Below, in pieces: positions 46,911 through 58,808 of a stretch of DNA of 64,000 nt (positions are counted from its first letter, which is position 1; each line of letters opens with the position of its first letter). Source of the stretch: an uncultured Caulobacter sp. (GTDB lineage: Bacteria; Pseudomonadota; Alphaproteobacteria; Caulobacterales; Caulobacteraceae). The position numbers were made by a program, and so were the translations under genes. The notes under the pieces are model-generated. The model saw nothing but the letters and a program-made list of their open reading frames with translations. It was not told the DNA's origin and searched no databases. The DNA lies in NCBI GenBank assembly GCA_937925635.1, contig CALALX010000003.1:6598-70597 (forward strand), given 5' to 3'.

Positions 46911-48572
46911 GTGATCCCGCCTGCCATGACCGCGTTCGCGTCCAACCTTCTTTCCGGCCTGACGGGCCTCGGAGCCAAGCCCGGAGCCGGGATGTCCGAC
47001 GTCAAGACCGGCGGCCGGGTCGCGGGCGCCTTCGAGGCCCTGCTGGCCGGTATGACGGCGGGCGATCAGGTCGAACAGGCCGCGACCGGCGCGAAGATTC
47101 CGGATGGGGCCGCGCCGGTTCAATCGGCCGCGGCGCCGACCGCTGACCGCCTCGTCGCAGGGGACGGTGTTCCGGCAGCCGGGGATGCGGCCCAGGAGTC
47201 CGCGCCGCTCGACGCGGCGCTGGCCGGCGCCGAAGCGGTCCTCCTGCCGCAGGCGCCAGCCGCTGATCCGACCCTTGCCGCGCCCCCTGTCGACAACGCC
47301 GCCGTCCGGGTCGTCGCGACCGCCGTAGGGGCCGCAGCGGCGGCGTCGCTTGATCAGCCTGGCGAGGGCGCCGCGGCCGTCCCTGACGGAGCCCCAGACT
47401 CCGCCCTCGTCGCGGAGGCGGGCGTCGCCGCGCCCCAGCCGCAAGCCAAGGTCGCCGATCCGGTAGCGCCGACAACGGCCGTCCGGGAGCGGGCCCCGAT
47501 CCTGGAAGCGGCGACGGCGAGCGTCGCGCCCGCGATCGCGCCGGAGGCCGAGGACAGCGCCAGCGCGCACGCGGCTTCGCCGGCGCCCGCTGTTCAGGCC
47601 TCCGCGGCCGCTCCCGTCAGTCGTGCCCTGCCGGAAGCGATCAAGGCGCCCGAGGTGGTCAGCCTGGCCGCCCGCGTCGTTGAACCGGCCCGGCCGTCCG
47701 CCGCCGAGGCCGCCGCCCCATCGGCGATGCCCGCGGCGCCGGCCGAGACCGCCGTCGTCGACGCCGTGGCGGCCGAGACGATCGTCGAACAGCCCGTCGA
47801 GACGGCCCTGGTCGTCGAGGCGTCGGGCGTCGCTGAACCGGCGCCGGCGCCGCAGCAGCCCCGCAGGGCCTCGCGCGCCGAAGGGCGGGCCGAAGCCGCC
47901 CGCGCCTCGGTCGAGGCACTGGAGCCTGGCCTGAAGGCCGTGGCCAGCGCCGAACAGACGGCGACCGATACGCCGACCGTCGACGTCCTCGACGCCGAGC
48001 CCGCGGGCGCGCAGCCCGTCGTTCACGAGGCCGCGCAGGTCGAGGACGCCCCGGCCCACCAGCCGCTGACGACCGCCCAGGGCGCAGCGCCACAGACCCA
48101 CGCCTCCGCCGCCGATGCCTCGACCGTCGTGCGCGGCTCGCCCGAGACCGTGGCCAAACTGGCGTCCGACATCGTGCGCAAGCTCGAGGGCAGGAGCACC
48201 CGGTTCGACGTCCAGCTCGATCCGCTCGGTCTGGGCAAGGTCGACGTCAGTATCGAGATCAACGCCGATGGCCGGCTGAGCGCCGCGCTGTCGTTCGACT
48301 CCGCCCAGGCCGCCGCCGACCTGCGCGGCCGGGCCTCGGAGCTTCGCCAGGCGCTGGAGAAGGCCGGGTTCGACCTGACCGAAGCCAGCCTGTCCTTCGA
48401 CACCGGCGCGCAGAGCGGCGGCTTCGGCGGTCGCGAGCCGGGCGAACAGGCCTCCGTCTGGTCCAGCCGCGCCTTCGCGTCCGCGCGGGCCGGCCTCGAA
48501 CAGGCCGACGCCCAACTCGCCGCCGCCGCCTACGCCCGCTCGCCGTCCGGCGGCGTCGACATCCGCATCTGA
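46911..48572 (+). CDS. fliK: Flagellar hook-length control protein (FlbG/FliK)
   Basis: Long Ala/Pro-rich region plus C-terminal domain FDVQLDPLGLGKVDV...ELRQALEKAGF; start GTG 46911 or ATG 46926. Confidence 0.9.
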   Translation: MIPPAMTAFASNLLSGLTGLGAKPGAGMSDVKTGGRVAGAFEALLAGMTAGDQVEQAATGAKIPDGAAPVQSAAAPTADRLVAGDGVPAAGDAAQESAPLDAALAGAEAVLLPQAPAADPTLAAPPVDNAAVRVVATAVGAAAAASLDQPGEGAAAVPDGAPDSALVAEAGVAAPQPQAKVADPVAPTTAVRERAPILEAATASVAPAIAPEAEDSASAHAASPAPAVQASAAAPVSRALPEAIKAPEVVSLAARVVEPARPSAAEAAAPSAMPAAPAETAVVDAVAAETIVEQPVETALVVEASGVAEPAPAPQQPRRASRAEGRAEAARASVEALEPGLKAVASAEQTATDTPTVDVLDAEPAGAQPVVHEAAQVEDAPAHQPLTTAQGAAPQTHASAADASTVVRGSPETVAKLASDIVRKLEGRSTRFDVQLDPLGLGKVDVSIEINADGRLSAALSFDSAQAAADLRGRASELRQALEKAGFDLTEASLSFDTGAQSGGFGGREPGEQASVWSSRAFASARAGLEQADAQLAAAAYARSPSGGVDIRI

Positions 48573-48579
48573 GGCCCTC

Positions 48580-49248
48580 ATGACCGACGCCGTCAGCAAC
48601 AGCAGCGCCGCATCGCTCCTCGACAAGCAAGCCAGCTCCCGCAACCGGCTGGCTGACAGCGAGGAGACGTTCCTGGCCCTGCTGACCACCCAGCTGAAGA
48701 ACCAGGATCCCCTCTCGCCGCTCGATTCCAACGAGTTCACGGCGCAGATCGTCCAGATGACGGGTGTGGAGCAGCAGCTGCTCACCAACGATCTGCTGAC
48801 CATGCTCGTCGGGATGAATGACGGCGGCCTCGCTGGATCGGTCGATCTGATCGGAAAGACCGTCACCGCGGCCACCGATGAGGCGACGCTGCAGGACGGC
48901 AAATCGACCTGGACCTACGATCTCGACCGCAACGCCACGAGCGTGAAGTACGAAGTCGTCAATTCGGCCGGCCAGACCGTCTACAGCGAGACGAAGGACA
49001 GCGTCGCCGCGGGCGACCAAGCCTTCGAATGGAACGGCAAGACCACCCAGGGCACGCAGCTGTCCGACGGCGGGACCTACAGCCTGAAGATCACCGCCAC
49101 CGGCTCGGGCGGCGAGACCATCAACACCAGCATCTTCACCTCCGGCGTCGCCTCCGGCGTGGAAACCCTCAACGGCGAGACGGTCGTGACCGTCGGGAAG
49201 CTCAAGATCCCGGTCAGTTCGATCACCAGCGTCCAGCAGACCGTCTAG
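48580..49248 (+). CDS. flgD: Flagellar hook capping protein
   Basis: FLALLTTQLKNQDPLSPLDSNEFTAQIVQM. Confidence 0.96.
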   Translation: MTDAVSNSSAASLLDKQASSRNRLADSEETFLALLTTQLKNQDPLSPLDSNEFTAQIVQMTGVEQQLLTNDLLTMLVGMNDGGLAGSVDLIGKTVTAATDEATLQDGKSTWTYDLDRNATSVKYEVVNSAGQTVYSETKDSVAAGDQAFEWNGKTTQGTQLSDGGTYSLKITATGSGGETINTSIFTSGVASGVETLNGETVVTVGKLKIPVSSITSVQQTV

Positions 49249-49284
49249 GCCATCTGAACCTCAGTGCAGGAAGGATAACCCTCC

Positions 49285-50715
49285 ATGAGCATCAACAGCG
49301 CAATGCTTGCCGGCGTCACCGGCCTCCTCTCGAACTCGCAGTCACTGGCCGCGATTTCGGACAACATCGCGAACGTCAACACGGTCGGCTACAAGCGCTC
49401 GCAGGCTAATTTCCAGACGCTGGTCAGCGGCCGGAACACTGGGTCCTCCTACGCGGCCGGCGGGGTCACCGCCACGACCCGCCGCTTCGTCACCACCCAG
49501 GGCCTGCCCACCCAGTCCACCCGCAACACCGACCTTTCGATCAGCGGCAATGGCTTCTTCGTGGTCACCGAGAAGTCCGAGAACCTGACGGCCGCGGACG
49601 CCCGCTCGTTCACCCGCGCCGGCTCCTTCGCCCTGGACAGCCTCGGCTACCTCCGGAACGACGCCGGGCTGTATCTGCAGGGTTGGCCGACCGACGCCAA
49701 CGGCGTCATCACCACCGATCCGTCGGATATCACCCGCCTGCAGTCGATCAACGTCGCTTCGGTGGGCGGCGCGGCCGAACAGACGACGCGCGTGACGGTC
49801 AACGCCAACCTCGACGCCAGCCAGGCCATCTCGGCCGAAGTCACGGCGGGCACCTACGACCCGGCCACCAACTCGATGGCCATGTACGATCCGGATCTGG
49901 GCGTCGGCGTGAAGCCGGACTTCTGGATCCAGGTGCCGGTCTCCGACTCCAAGGGCGGCAAGCGCACCGTGCAGATCGACTTCCTGCGCAGCGCCACGCC
50001 GAACCAGTGGTACGCCGAAGTGCGCGCCGTCCCGGCCACCGACGTCGAGACCGGCGCCGGCCTGTCCAACGGCCAGCTGGCCGTGGGCATGGTGGCCTTC
50101 ACCGAGGATGGTCGTCTCGATCCGACCGCCACCTTCACCGCGCCGCTGCAGCCGCTGTTCGCTGACTGGGACAATCCGGTGATCGCGTTCGGCGCGTCGT
50201 CCGACGCGGCGCCAGGGGCCGGAGCGGTGAAGTGGGCCTCGGGCCTGGGCATCGGCGACCAGGACATTCGCCTTGAGCTCGGCGGGGCCGCCGGCGGCGT
50301 GACCAGCTTCGACAGCGAGAGCATCCTGCAGTCGGTCAACACCAACGGCACCGCCTTCGGCAACCTGTCCGACATCGAGATCGACGATCAGGGCTTCGTC
50401 ACGGCCATCTTCGACAACGGCATCTCGCGTCAGATCGCTCAGGTCGCCATCGCCACCTTCCCGAACGCCGACGGGCTGATCCCGACCAACGGAAACGCCT
50501 ATCGGGTCAGCAAGGACAGCGGCACCTACAACTTCAAGACGCCGGGGAGCGGCGGGGCCGGCTACATCGCGCCCTCGACCCTCGAAGCCTCGACAGTTGA
50601 TCTGTCCAGTGAGTTTACCGGGCTGATCACGACGCAACGCGCCTATTCGGCGTCGTCGAAAATCATCACCACCGCGGATCAGATGCTGGAAGAGCTTCTG
50701 AATATCAAGCGCTAA
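49285..50715 (+). CDS. flgE: Flagellar hook protein
   Basis: ISDNIANVNTVGYK, DLSISGNGFFVV, LEASTVDLSSEF...QRAYSASSK. Confidence 0.96.
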   Translation: MSINSAMLAGVTGLLSNSQSLAAISDNIANVNTVGYKRSQANFQTLVSGRNTGSSYAAGGVTATTRRFVTTQGLPTQSTRNTDLSISGNGFFVVTEKSENLTAADARSFTRAGSFALDSLGYLRNDAGLYLQGWPTDANGVITTDPSDITRLQSINVASVGGAAEQTTRVTVNANLDASQAISAEVTAGTYDPATNSMAMYDPDLGVGVKPDFWIQVPVSDSKGGKRTVQIDFLRSATPNQWYAEVRAVPATDVETGAGLSNGQLAVGMVAFTEDGRLDPTATFTAPLQPLFADWDNPVIAFGASSDAAPGAGAVKWASGLGIGDQDIRLELGGAAGGVTSFDSESILQSVNTNGTAFGNLSDIEIDDQGFVTAIFDNGISRQIAQVAIATFPNADGLIPTNGNAYRVSKDSGTYNFKTPGSGGAGYIAPSTLEASTVDLSSEFTGLITTQRAYSASSKIITTADQMLEELLNIKR

Positions 50716-50734
50716 TCTTGATGTTTAGGGGGCT

Positions 50735-50801
50735 TTAATTCAGATGTCTCACAATGAAACAGGGCTGTTAACTTGCGTTAGACGGTGGTTAATCTACTTA
50801 A
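50735..50801. promoter_or_regulatory. CtrA half-site array in the sciP promoter
   Basis: TTAA at 50735, 50768, 50789 and 50798, plus TTAG-N7-TTAA at 50778-50792. Confidence 0.65.
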
Positions 50802-50879
50802 ACCATCGCGCTTTACGGCATGTTATTTCCAATGGCGCATCTTTCACGCCAACAGTCCTGGTGAGAGAGGCGTAGAACG

Positions 50880-51161
50880 ATGCTTCAGCAGCAGCGCGTG
50901 AACAGCAGAGGCGAGAAGTACGTGATCGGTCCGACCGGCGCGCCGCTGACGCTGTCCGATCTGCCGCCCGCCAATACCGAGCGTTGGGTTATCCGGCGCA
51001 AGGCGGAGGTGGTTGCGGCCGTGCGGGGCGGGCTCCTGTCGCTGGATGAGGCTTGCGAACGCTACAGCCTCACCAACGAGGAGTTCCTGACCTGGCAGAA
51101 GTCGATTGACCGTCATGGTCTCGCGGGTCTGCGAACGACCCGACTGCAACAATATCGCTGA
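50880..51161 (+). CDS. sciP: CtrA inhibitor SciP (DUF1153)
   Basis: YVIGPTGAPLTLSDLPP.NT.RWVIRRKAEVVAAVRGGLLSLDEACERY; 93 aa. Confidence 0.96.
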   Translation: MLQQQRVNSRGEKYVIGPTGAPLTLSDLPPANTERWVIRRKAEVVAAVRGGLLSLDEACERYSLTNEEFLTWQKSIDRHGLAGLRTTRLQQYR

Positions 51162-51198
51162 GCCGCTCCGCCCCCCAAGCAAGGCTCGGCGAGACCGC

Positions 51199-51226
51199 GC
51201 GGCCGCGTTCCCCGGAACGCGGCCGC
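51199..51226 (+). terminator. GC-rich hairpin downstream of sciP
   Basis: gcggccgcgttcc-cc-ggaacgcggccgc, a perfect 13-bp IR with a weak T-tract. Confidence 0.55.
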
Positions 51227-51262
51227 TGCATTTCGACCGACAGGCTCCGTCGTCGGCGCCCC

Positions 51263-51278
51263 TTAAGAGGGCGTTTAC
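51263..51278 (+). promoter_or_regulatory. CtrA site of the class II fliF promoter
   Basis: TTAA-gagggcg-TTTAC. Confidence 0.7.
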
Positions 51279-51360
51279 CCTGCACCCGGTAATTCCTGCC
51301 TAGCGAGCCGCGCCGGGGAGGCGCGTCGCGCCTTTGTTGTTGGGTTAGGGGCAGTCCCGA

Positions 51361-53028
51361 GTGGAAAGGTTCATGAACGGCGTTCGCGCCTTCGGGGTCG
51401 CCCGGCTCGCCGCCTTGCTCGGCATCGGGGCGGCGCTGATCGCCGGCCTGATCTGGCTGGCCGCGACCCTCGGCGCCGAACCCAAGGCGCTGCTCTATTC
51501 CAACCTCGACCTCAAGGAGGCCTCCACCGTCGTCCAGGCGCTCGACCAGGCGGGCATCGACTATGAGGTGAAGGGCGACGGGTCCACCATCATGGTGCCG
51601 CGCGACAAGGTCGCCTCGACGCGCCTGATGATCTCCGGCAAGGGCCTGGTGACCTCCGGCTCGGTCGGCTACGAAATCTTCGACCAGGGCGCGACCCTGG
51701 GGCAGACGGACTTCGTGCAGCAGCTCAACCGCCAGCGCGCGCTCGAAGGCGAGCTTGCCCGCACCATCCGGTCGCTCGACGGCGTCACCTTCGCACGGGT
51801 CCACCTGAACCTGCCGCGTCGGCAGTTGTTCGAGGAGGAGGCCGAACCGCCCTCCGGTTCGGTGACCATCGGCGTCGGCGGCCGCAAACCGACCGACGAC
51901 CAGGTCCAGGCCGTTCAGAACCTGGTCGCCGGCGCCGTGCCCGGCCTGAAGGCCGAGCAGGTCTCGGTCATCGACCAGCATGGCAAGACCCTGTCGGTCG
52001 GCGGCTCGTCGATGACCAGCAAACTGGCCGACGATCGCAAGAGCGAGGTCGAGCGCAAGTTGGCCGCGCGGATCAAGGAACTGGTCGAGGGCGTCGTCGG
52101 CGTCGGCCGCTCCCGTGTCGAAGTCAGCGCCGACATCGACATGGCTCGCGTCACTGAGCAGGAAACCACCTACGACCCCGATGGTCAGGTGATCCGCTCG
52201 GAGCAGACGGGCGAGGAAAACGCGCGCGAGAACGACCCGGCCGGCGCGGACGGCGTCTCGGCCGGCGGCAACATCCCCGGCGTCACTGGCGTTGGCGCGG
52301 CGGGCGGCAACAGCTCGACGAGCGGCAGCACCCAGAGCACGACCAACTACGAGATCAGCAATAAGACCCGGACCGAGGTCCGCGAGCCCGGCGCGATCAA
52401 GAAGATCTCAGTCGCCGTCGCCGTCGACGGCGTCACCGCGCCCGGCGCCAACGGCAAGCCCGGCGCCTACACCCCCCGCTCGGCCGAGGAACTCGCGCGC
52501 CTCGACGAACTGGTGAAGGCCGCGGTCGGCTTCGATACGGCCCGGGGCGACACCGTGAAGGTGACCAACGTCCGCTTCGCCCGCGAGGCCGTGGACACCA
52601 GCGCGCCCGAAGGCGGTCTGCTGTCCAGCTTCGACAAGAACGACATCATGCGGGTGGTCGAACTGGCGGTGCTCGGCATCGTCGCCGTGCTGATCATGAT
52701 CTTCGGCGTTCGGCCGCTTCTCAAGAGCCTCGTCAACGGGGGCGGCGCTCGCTCCAATCTTCCGGCGCTGGCCGGCTCCGGCGGCGGTCCGCTGACCTCG
52801 ACCCGCCTGGTGACCACGCCCGACGGCGCGCAGTATCAGATTCCGGTCGACCCCTCGACGGGCGAGCCCCTGGCCCTGCCGAGCCCCGATCTCGACCAGC
52901 GCATCGACATCGCCCGCATCGAGGGCCAGGTCCGCGCGTCGTCTGTAAAGCGCGTCGCGGACTTCGTGGACAAGCATCCGGAGGAATCCGTCTCGATCCT
53001 CCGCACCTGGCTGCACGAAACGACATGA
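51361..53028 (+). CDS. fliF: Flagellar MS-ring protein
   Basis: [23 protein letters not shown] and ISVAVAVDG. Confidence 0.96.
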   Translation: MERFMNGVRAFGVARLAALLGIGAALIAGLIWLAATLGAEPKALLYSNLDLKEASTVVQALDQAGIDYEVKGDGSTIMVPRDKVASTRLMISGKGLVTSGSVGYEIFDQGATLGQTDFVQQLNRQRALEGELARTIRSLDGVTFARVHLNLPRRQLFEEEAEPPSGSVTIGVGGRKPTDDQVQAVQNLVAGAVPGLKAEQVSVIDQHGKTLSVGGSSMTSKLADDRKSEVERKLAARIKELVEGVVGVGRSRVEVSADIDMARVTEQETTYDPDGQVIRSEQTGEENARENDPAGADGVSAGGNIPGVTGVGAAGGNSSTSGSTQSTTNYEISNKTRTEVREPGAIKKISVAVAVDGVTAPGANGKPGAYTPRSAEELARLDELVKAAVGFDTARGDTVKVTNVRFAREAVDTSAPEGGLLSSFDKNDIMRVVELAVLGIVAVLIMIFGVRPLLKSLVNGGGARSNLPALAGSGGGPLTSTRLVTTPDGAQYQIPVDPSTGEPLALPSPDLDQRIDIARIEGQVRASSVKRVADFVDKHPEESVSILRTWLHETT

Positions 53029-53088
53029 GCCTCCTTCGCCAAGGCTTCGGAGGCCAGGACCTCCCCCGTGTGATGCAAGCCCGTCCGG

Positions 53089-53132
53089 GACTCATCCTGC
53101 GTAGCGCCGGGAGGCGCCAAGCAGGATGAGTC
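53089..53132 (+). promoter_or_regulatory. Hairpin sequestering the fliG RBS and start codon
   Basis: gactcatcctgc (53089-53100) pairs perfectly with gcaggATGagtc (53121-53132); inner gcgcc-ggga-ggcgc. Confidence 0.6.
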
Positions 53133-54151
53133 GGAAAGCCAAGGCCATCCTCGATCCGAGCAAGCTGAGCGGTCCGGAGAAGGCGGCCGTGGTCCTGCTC
53201 GCCCTCGGCGAGGACCACACCGCCATCTGGGAGGCGCTCGACGACGAGGAGATCAAGGAAGTCTCCCAGGCCATGGCGTCGCTGGGCACGGTGGCGTCGA
53301 CGGCGGTCGAGGAACTGCTCGTGGAGTTCGTGTCGGGCATGTCCGCGAGCGGCGCGATCATGGGCAGCTTCGAACAGACCCAGCGCCTGCTGCACAGCTT
53401 CCTGCCGCCGGAAAAGGTCGACGCCCTCATGGAGGAGATCCGCGGTCCGGCGGGTCGCACCATGTGGGACAAGCTGGGCAACGTGAACGAGGCGGTGCTC
53501 GCCAACTACCTGAAGAACGAGTACCCGCAGACCGTCGCGGTGGTGCTGAGCAAGATCAAGGGCGACCACGCCTCGCGGGTGCTGGCGGCCCTGCCGGAGG
53601 ATTTCGCGCTCGAATGCGTGCAGCGGATGCTGCGCATGGAGCCGGTCCAGCGCGAGATCCTCGACAAGATCGAGCAGACGCTGCGCACCGAGTTCATGTC
53701 GAACCTGGCGCGCACGTCCAAGCGCGACAGCCACGAGATGATGGCCGAGATCTTCAACAACTTCGACCGCCAGACCGAGGCGCGCTTCATCGCCGCGTTG
53801 GAAGAGCGCAATCGCGAGAGCGCCGAGCGCATCCGGGCGCTGATGTTCGTCTTCGAGGACCTCGGCAAGCTCGATCCAGGAGGCGTCCAGACCCTGCTCC
53901 GCGCCGTCGAGAAGGACCAGCTTGCCCTGGCGCTCAAGGGCGCCTCGGACGCCCTGCGCGAGATGTTCTTCTCCAACATGTCCGAGCGCGCGTCGAAGAT
54001 CATGCGCGAGGACATGGAGAGCATGGGGCCGGTCCGCCTGCGCGACGTCGACCAGGCTCAGATGGCCATGGTCCAGGCCGCCAAGGACCTGGCCGCCAAG
54101 GGCGAGATCATGTTGGCCGGATCCGGCGGCGAAGACGAGTTGATCTACTGA
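53126..54151 (+). CDS. fliG: Flagellar motor switch protein FliG
   Basis: [33 protein letters not shown] and NMSERA. Confidence 0.97.
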   Translation: MSRKAKAILDPSKLSGPEKAAVVLLALGEDHTAIWEALDDEEIKEVSQAMASLGTVASTAVEELLVEFVSGMSASGAIMGSFEQTQRLLHSFLPPEKVDALMEEIRGPAGRTMWDKLGNVNEAVLANYLKNEYPQTVAVVLSKIKGDHASRVLAALPEDFALECVQRMLRMEPVQREILDKIEQTLRTEFMSNLARTSKRDSHEMMAEIFNNFDRQTEARFIAALEERNRESAERIRALMFVFEDLGKLDPGGVQTLLRAVEKDQLALALKGASDALREMFFSNMSERASKIMREDMESMGPVRLRDVDQAQMAMVQAAKDLAAKGEIMLAGSGGEDELIY

Positions 54152-54810
54152 TGACCAGCTCGACGCCTCGACCCTTCTCCTTCGACACCGTGTTCGACGA
54201 CACTGGCGCTGTCGCCTGGCAACCGCCCGTGCGCCGCAAGCACTACTCGGCCGAGGAGGTCGAGGGCGCCCGCGCGGCGGGGTTCGCCGAGGGCGAGCGC
54301 TCGGCGGTGGCCCAGGCGGAAACCCGCGCCGCCGACGCGCTGGCCGACATCGCGCGCGCCGCCCGCGCCGCGCTCTCGGCCCTGCAGGGCGTGGCTCATG
54401 AGCATCGGATCGGATCCGCGCAGCTGGCGATGGCGGCCGCGCGCCGCATCGCGGACGCCGCCCTGGACCGCTTTCCGGAGTCCCCGGCCGCGGCCGCGCT
54501 CGAAGCGCTGGCGCGGGAGATCGAGGCCCAGCCCCGCCTGATGGTGCGGGTGGCGCCAGAACTGCGCGACCGCATTCAGTCGACGCTGGATCACACCGCC
54601 GAGGCGATCGGTTTCGAGGGCCAGATCCTCGTCAGGGATGAGCCCGGCATGCCGCCCGCCGCCTTCGTCCTCGACTGGGGCGACGGCAAGGCCGCCTTTG
54701 ACCCGCGGGAGGCCGCCGTCCGCGTCGCCGAGGCGCTCGACGCCGCCCTGGCCGCCGAGGGCCTTCACGCCGAACCCCTGATTTCCGACTGCGAGGCCGA
54801 TGATGTCTGA
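54151..54810 (+). CDS. fliH: Flagellar assembly protein FliH (FlbE)
   Basis: ATG overlapping the fliG stop; FSFDTVF...AGFAEG...LDWGDG. Confidence 0.88.
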   Translation: MTSSTPRPFSFDTVFDDTGAVAWQPPVRRKHYSAEEVEGARAAGFAEGERSAVAQAETRAADALADIARAARAALSALQGVAHEHRIGSAQLAMAAARRIADAALDRFPESPAAAALEALAREIEAQPRLMVRVAPELRDRIQSTLDHTAEAIGFEGQILVRDEPGMPPAAFVLDWGDGKAAFDPREAAVRVAEALDAALAAEGLHAEPLISDCEADDV

Positions 54811-55144
54811 CGAGACCAATTTCGCGCTCGACGAGTTCGCGCCCGAAGAGACCCTGGCCACTGAACTGGCCGTCGCCATGGACGACAAGACCGCCGCCGA
54901 CCTTGCGCCGGTGTTCGACGTGCCCGTGCACATTTCGGCGGTGCTCGGCCGCGCCAGTCTTTCGGTGGCCCAGCTGCTGCACCTCGGCCAGGGCAGCGTG
55001 CTCGAACTCGACCGCAAGGTCGGCGAGGCCATCGACATCTACGTGAACAACCGCCTGGTCGCGCGCGGCGAGGTCGTCGTCGTCGACGAGCGCCTGGGCG
55101 TGACCATGACCGAAATCATCAAGGACGGCGACACGACGGGCTGA
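54800..55144 (+). CDS. fliN: Flagellar motor switch protein FliN
   Basis: [11 protein letters not shown]...[28 protein letters not shown]. Confidence 0.96.
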   Translation: MMSDETNFALDEFAPEETLATELAVAMDDKTAADLAPVFDVPVHISAVLGRASLSVAQLLHLGQGSVLELDRKVGEAIDIYVNNRLVARGEVVVVDERLGVTMTEIIKDGDTTG

Positions 55145-55173
55145 ACGTCCGTCGCGTAGCAAGGAGATTACCG

Positions 55174-56541
<1,368 letters not shown>

Positions 56542-56575
56542 CGCTTCCTGCCGCTAGCGGATCAGTGATCAGAGC

Positions 56576-58669
56576 ATGAGCGACCAGTCCGTCACCTCGC
56601 TACCCAACCGCCCCGGCGCCCGCGAGATGCTGGGCTGGGTGGCGCGTGGCGAGGTCGGCCTGGCGGTCGGCATCGTCGGCATCGTCGTCCTGCTGATCCT
56701 GCCGATCCCGCCCTTCCTGCTGGATCTGCTGCTGACCCTGTCGATCGGCAGCTCGATCCTGATCCTGATGACGGCGCTGCTGATCAAGAAGCCGCTGGAG
56801 TTCACTGCCTTCCCGACGGTTCTGCTGGTCACGACCCTCTACCGTCTGGGTTTGAACCTGGCCTCGACGCGGCTGATCCTCGGCCACGGCCATGAGGGGC
56901 CGCACGGCGCCGGCCAGGTCATCCGGGCGTTCGGTGAGCTGATGATGGGGGGCAACTTCATCATCGGCCTGATCGTGTTCGCGATCCTCGTGCTGGTGAA
57001 CTTCGTGGTCGTCACCAAGGGCTCGGGACGGATCGCGGAAGTCTCCGCCCGCTTCACCCTGGACGCCATGCCCGGCAAGCAGATGGCCATCGACGCCGAT
57101 CTGTCGTCCGGCCTCATCGACCAGGAGCAGGCCAAGGCCCGGCGCAAGGAGCTGGAGCAGGAGTCGACCTTCTTCGGGGCCATGGACGGCGCCAGCAAGT
57201 TCGTGAAGGGCGACGCCATCGCCGGCCTGGTGATCGTCGGCATCAACGTCATCGGCGGCATGCTGATCGGCATCCTCCAGCACAAGATTCCAGCCGCCCA
57301 GGCTGCTTCGACCTACACCCTGATGACGGTCGGCGACGGCCTCGTCAGCCAGATTCCGGCGCTGATCATCTCGATCGCCGCCGGCCTGCTGGTCTCCAAG
57401 GCCGGCGTCGAGGGCGCGGCTGACAAGGCCCTGGTCACGCAGCTGGCCATGAACCCGGTCAGCCTGGGCATGGTCTCGGCGACCTCCGGCGTGCTGGCCT
57501 TCATTCCGGGCATGCCGGTGATCCCGTTCCTGATCGTGGCGGTGGCCGCCGGCGCGCTCGCCTGGCGACGATCACACGCGCCGGAGGAAGTCGCGCCCCT
57601 GGCCGACCTCGACGTGGCGCCGGCCGAGCAGGAAGAGGAGCCGATCGCCGCCTCCCTGGCCATCGACGAGATCAAGATCGAACTGGGCTACGGCCTGCTG
57701 GCGCTGATCAACGACCTCGACGGCCGCAAGTTGACCGACCAGATCCGCGCCCTGCGCAAGACCCTGGCGGCGGACTACGGCTTCGTCATGCCGCCGGTCC
57801 GCATCCTCGACAACATGCGCCTGCCGACCCAGGGCTACGCCATCCGCATCAAGGAAATGGAGTGCGGGGCCGGCGAGGTGCGCATCGGCGGCCTGATGGC
57901 GATGGATCCGCGCGGCGGCCAGGTCGAGCTGCCTGGCGACCACGTTCGCGAACCCGCCTTCGGCCTGCCGGCCACCTGGATCGACGACGGCCTGAAGGAG
58001 GAGGCGACCTTCCGCGGCTACACCATCGTCGACCCGGCCACCGTGCTGACCACGCACCTGACCGAGATCCTCAAGGACAACATGGCCGACCTCCTCAGCT
58101 ACGCCGAGGTGCAGAAGCTCATCAAGGACCTTGCCCCCGATCAGAAGAAGCTCGCCGACGACGTCATCCCGGCCATCGTCACCGGCACGACCTTCCAGCG
58201 CGTGCTGCAGGCCCTGCTGCGGGAGCGGGTCTCGATACGCGACCTGCAGGCCATCCTCGAGGGGGTCGCCGAGGCCGCGCCGCACACCACCTCGATCACC
58301 TCGCTGGTCGAGTCGGTGCGCGCCAAGCTCGGCCGCCAGCTCTGCTGGGCCCACCGCGGCGACGACGGCGCCCTGCCGATCGTCACCCTGTCGCCGGACT
58401 GGGAGGTCGCCTTCTCGGAGTCGCTGGTCGGCGCGGGCGAGGACAAGCAGCTGGCCATGGCCCCGAGCAAGCTGCAGGAGTTCATCCGCGGGGTCCGCGA
58501 GGCCTTCGAGCGCGCCGCCCTCGCCGGCGACGCTCCGGTGCTGCTGACCAGCCCGCTGGCCCGTCCCTACGTTCGCCAGATCATCGAACGCTTCCGCGGC
58601 CAGACGGTGGTGATGAGCCAGAACGAGATCCACCCGAAGGCCAGGCTGCGGACGGTGGGCCAGGTCTGA
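56576..58669 (+). CDS. flhA: Flagellar export gate protein FlhA (FlbF)
   Basis: RFTLDAMPGKQMAIDADL, FFGAMDGASKFVKGDA and VRILDN. Confidence 0.98.
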   Translation: MSDQSVTSLPNRPGAREMLGWVARGEVGLAVGIVGIVVLLILPIPPFLLDLLLTLSIGSSILILMTALLIKKPLEFTAFPTVLLVTTLYRLGLNLASTRLILGHGHEGPHGAGQVIRAFGELMMGGNFIIGLIVFAILVLVNFVVVTKGSGRIAEVSARFTLDAMPGKQMAIDADLSSGLIDQEQAKARRKELEQESTFFGAMDGASKFVKGDAIAGLVIVGINVIGGMLIGILQHKIPAAQAASTYTLMTVGDGLVSQIPALIISIAAGLLVSKAGVEGAADKALVTQLAMNPVSLGMVSATSGVLAFIPGMPVIPFLIVAVAAGALAWRRSHAPEEVAPLADLDVAPAEQEEEPIAASLAIDEIKIELGYGLLALINDLDGRKLTDQIRALRKTLAADYGFVMPPVRILDNMRLPTQGYAIRIKEMECGAGEVRIGGLMAMDPRGGQVELPGDHVREPAFGLPATWIDDGLKEEATFRGYTIVDPATVLTTHLTEILKDNMADLLSYAEVQKLIKDLAPDQKKLADDVIPAIVTGTTFQRVLQALLRERVSIRDLQAILEGVAEAAPHTTSITSLVESVRAKLGRQLCWAHRGDDGALPIVTLSPDWEVAFSESLVGAGEDKQLAMAPSKLQEFIRGVREAFERAALAGDAPVLLTSPLARPYVRQIIERFRGQTVVMSQNEIHPKARLRTVGQV

Positions 58670-58742
58670 CGTTCGGGCGCTCGGTGGCACGGGAGTTCGG
58701 TGAGTTCGGGGAACTGGCCCCACGCTCCGACCGACGGCGAGT

Positions 58743-58767
58743 GGAACATTCTCGCTGTCGAAGCATT
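58743..58767 (+). promoter_or_regulatory. Putative EcfG/sigmaT promoter (GGAAC-N16-CATT)
   Basis: GGAAC attctcgctgtcgaag CATT, 41 bp upstream of the ATG at 58809. Confidence 0.5.
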
Positions 58768-58808
58768 TCTGCCCCGCGGCTGGGGAGCCAACAAGGACAC
58801 CCATCCGC

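Noticed and set aside
46911-48200. Ala/Pro-rich low-complexity stretch as a novel repeat protein
   Set aside because: Expected unstructured ruler region of FliK
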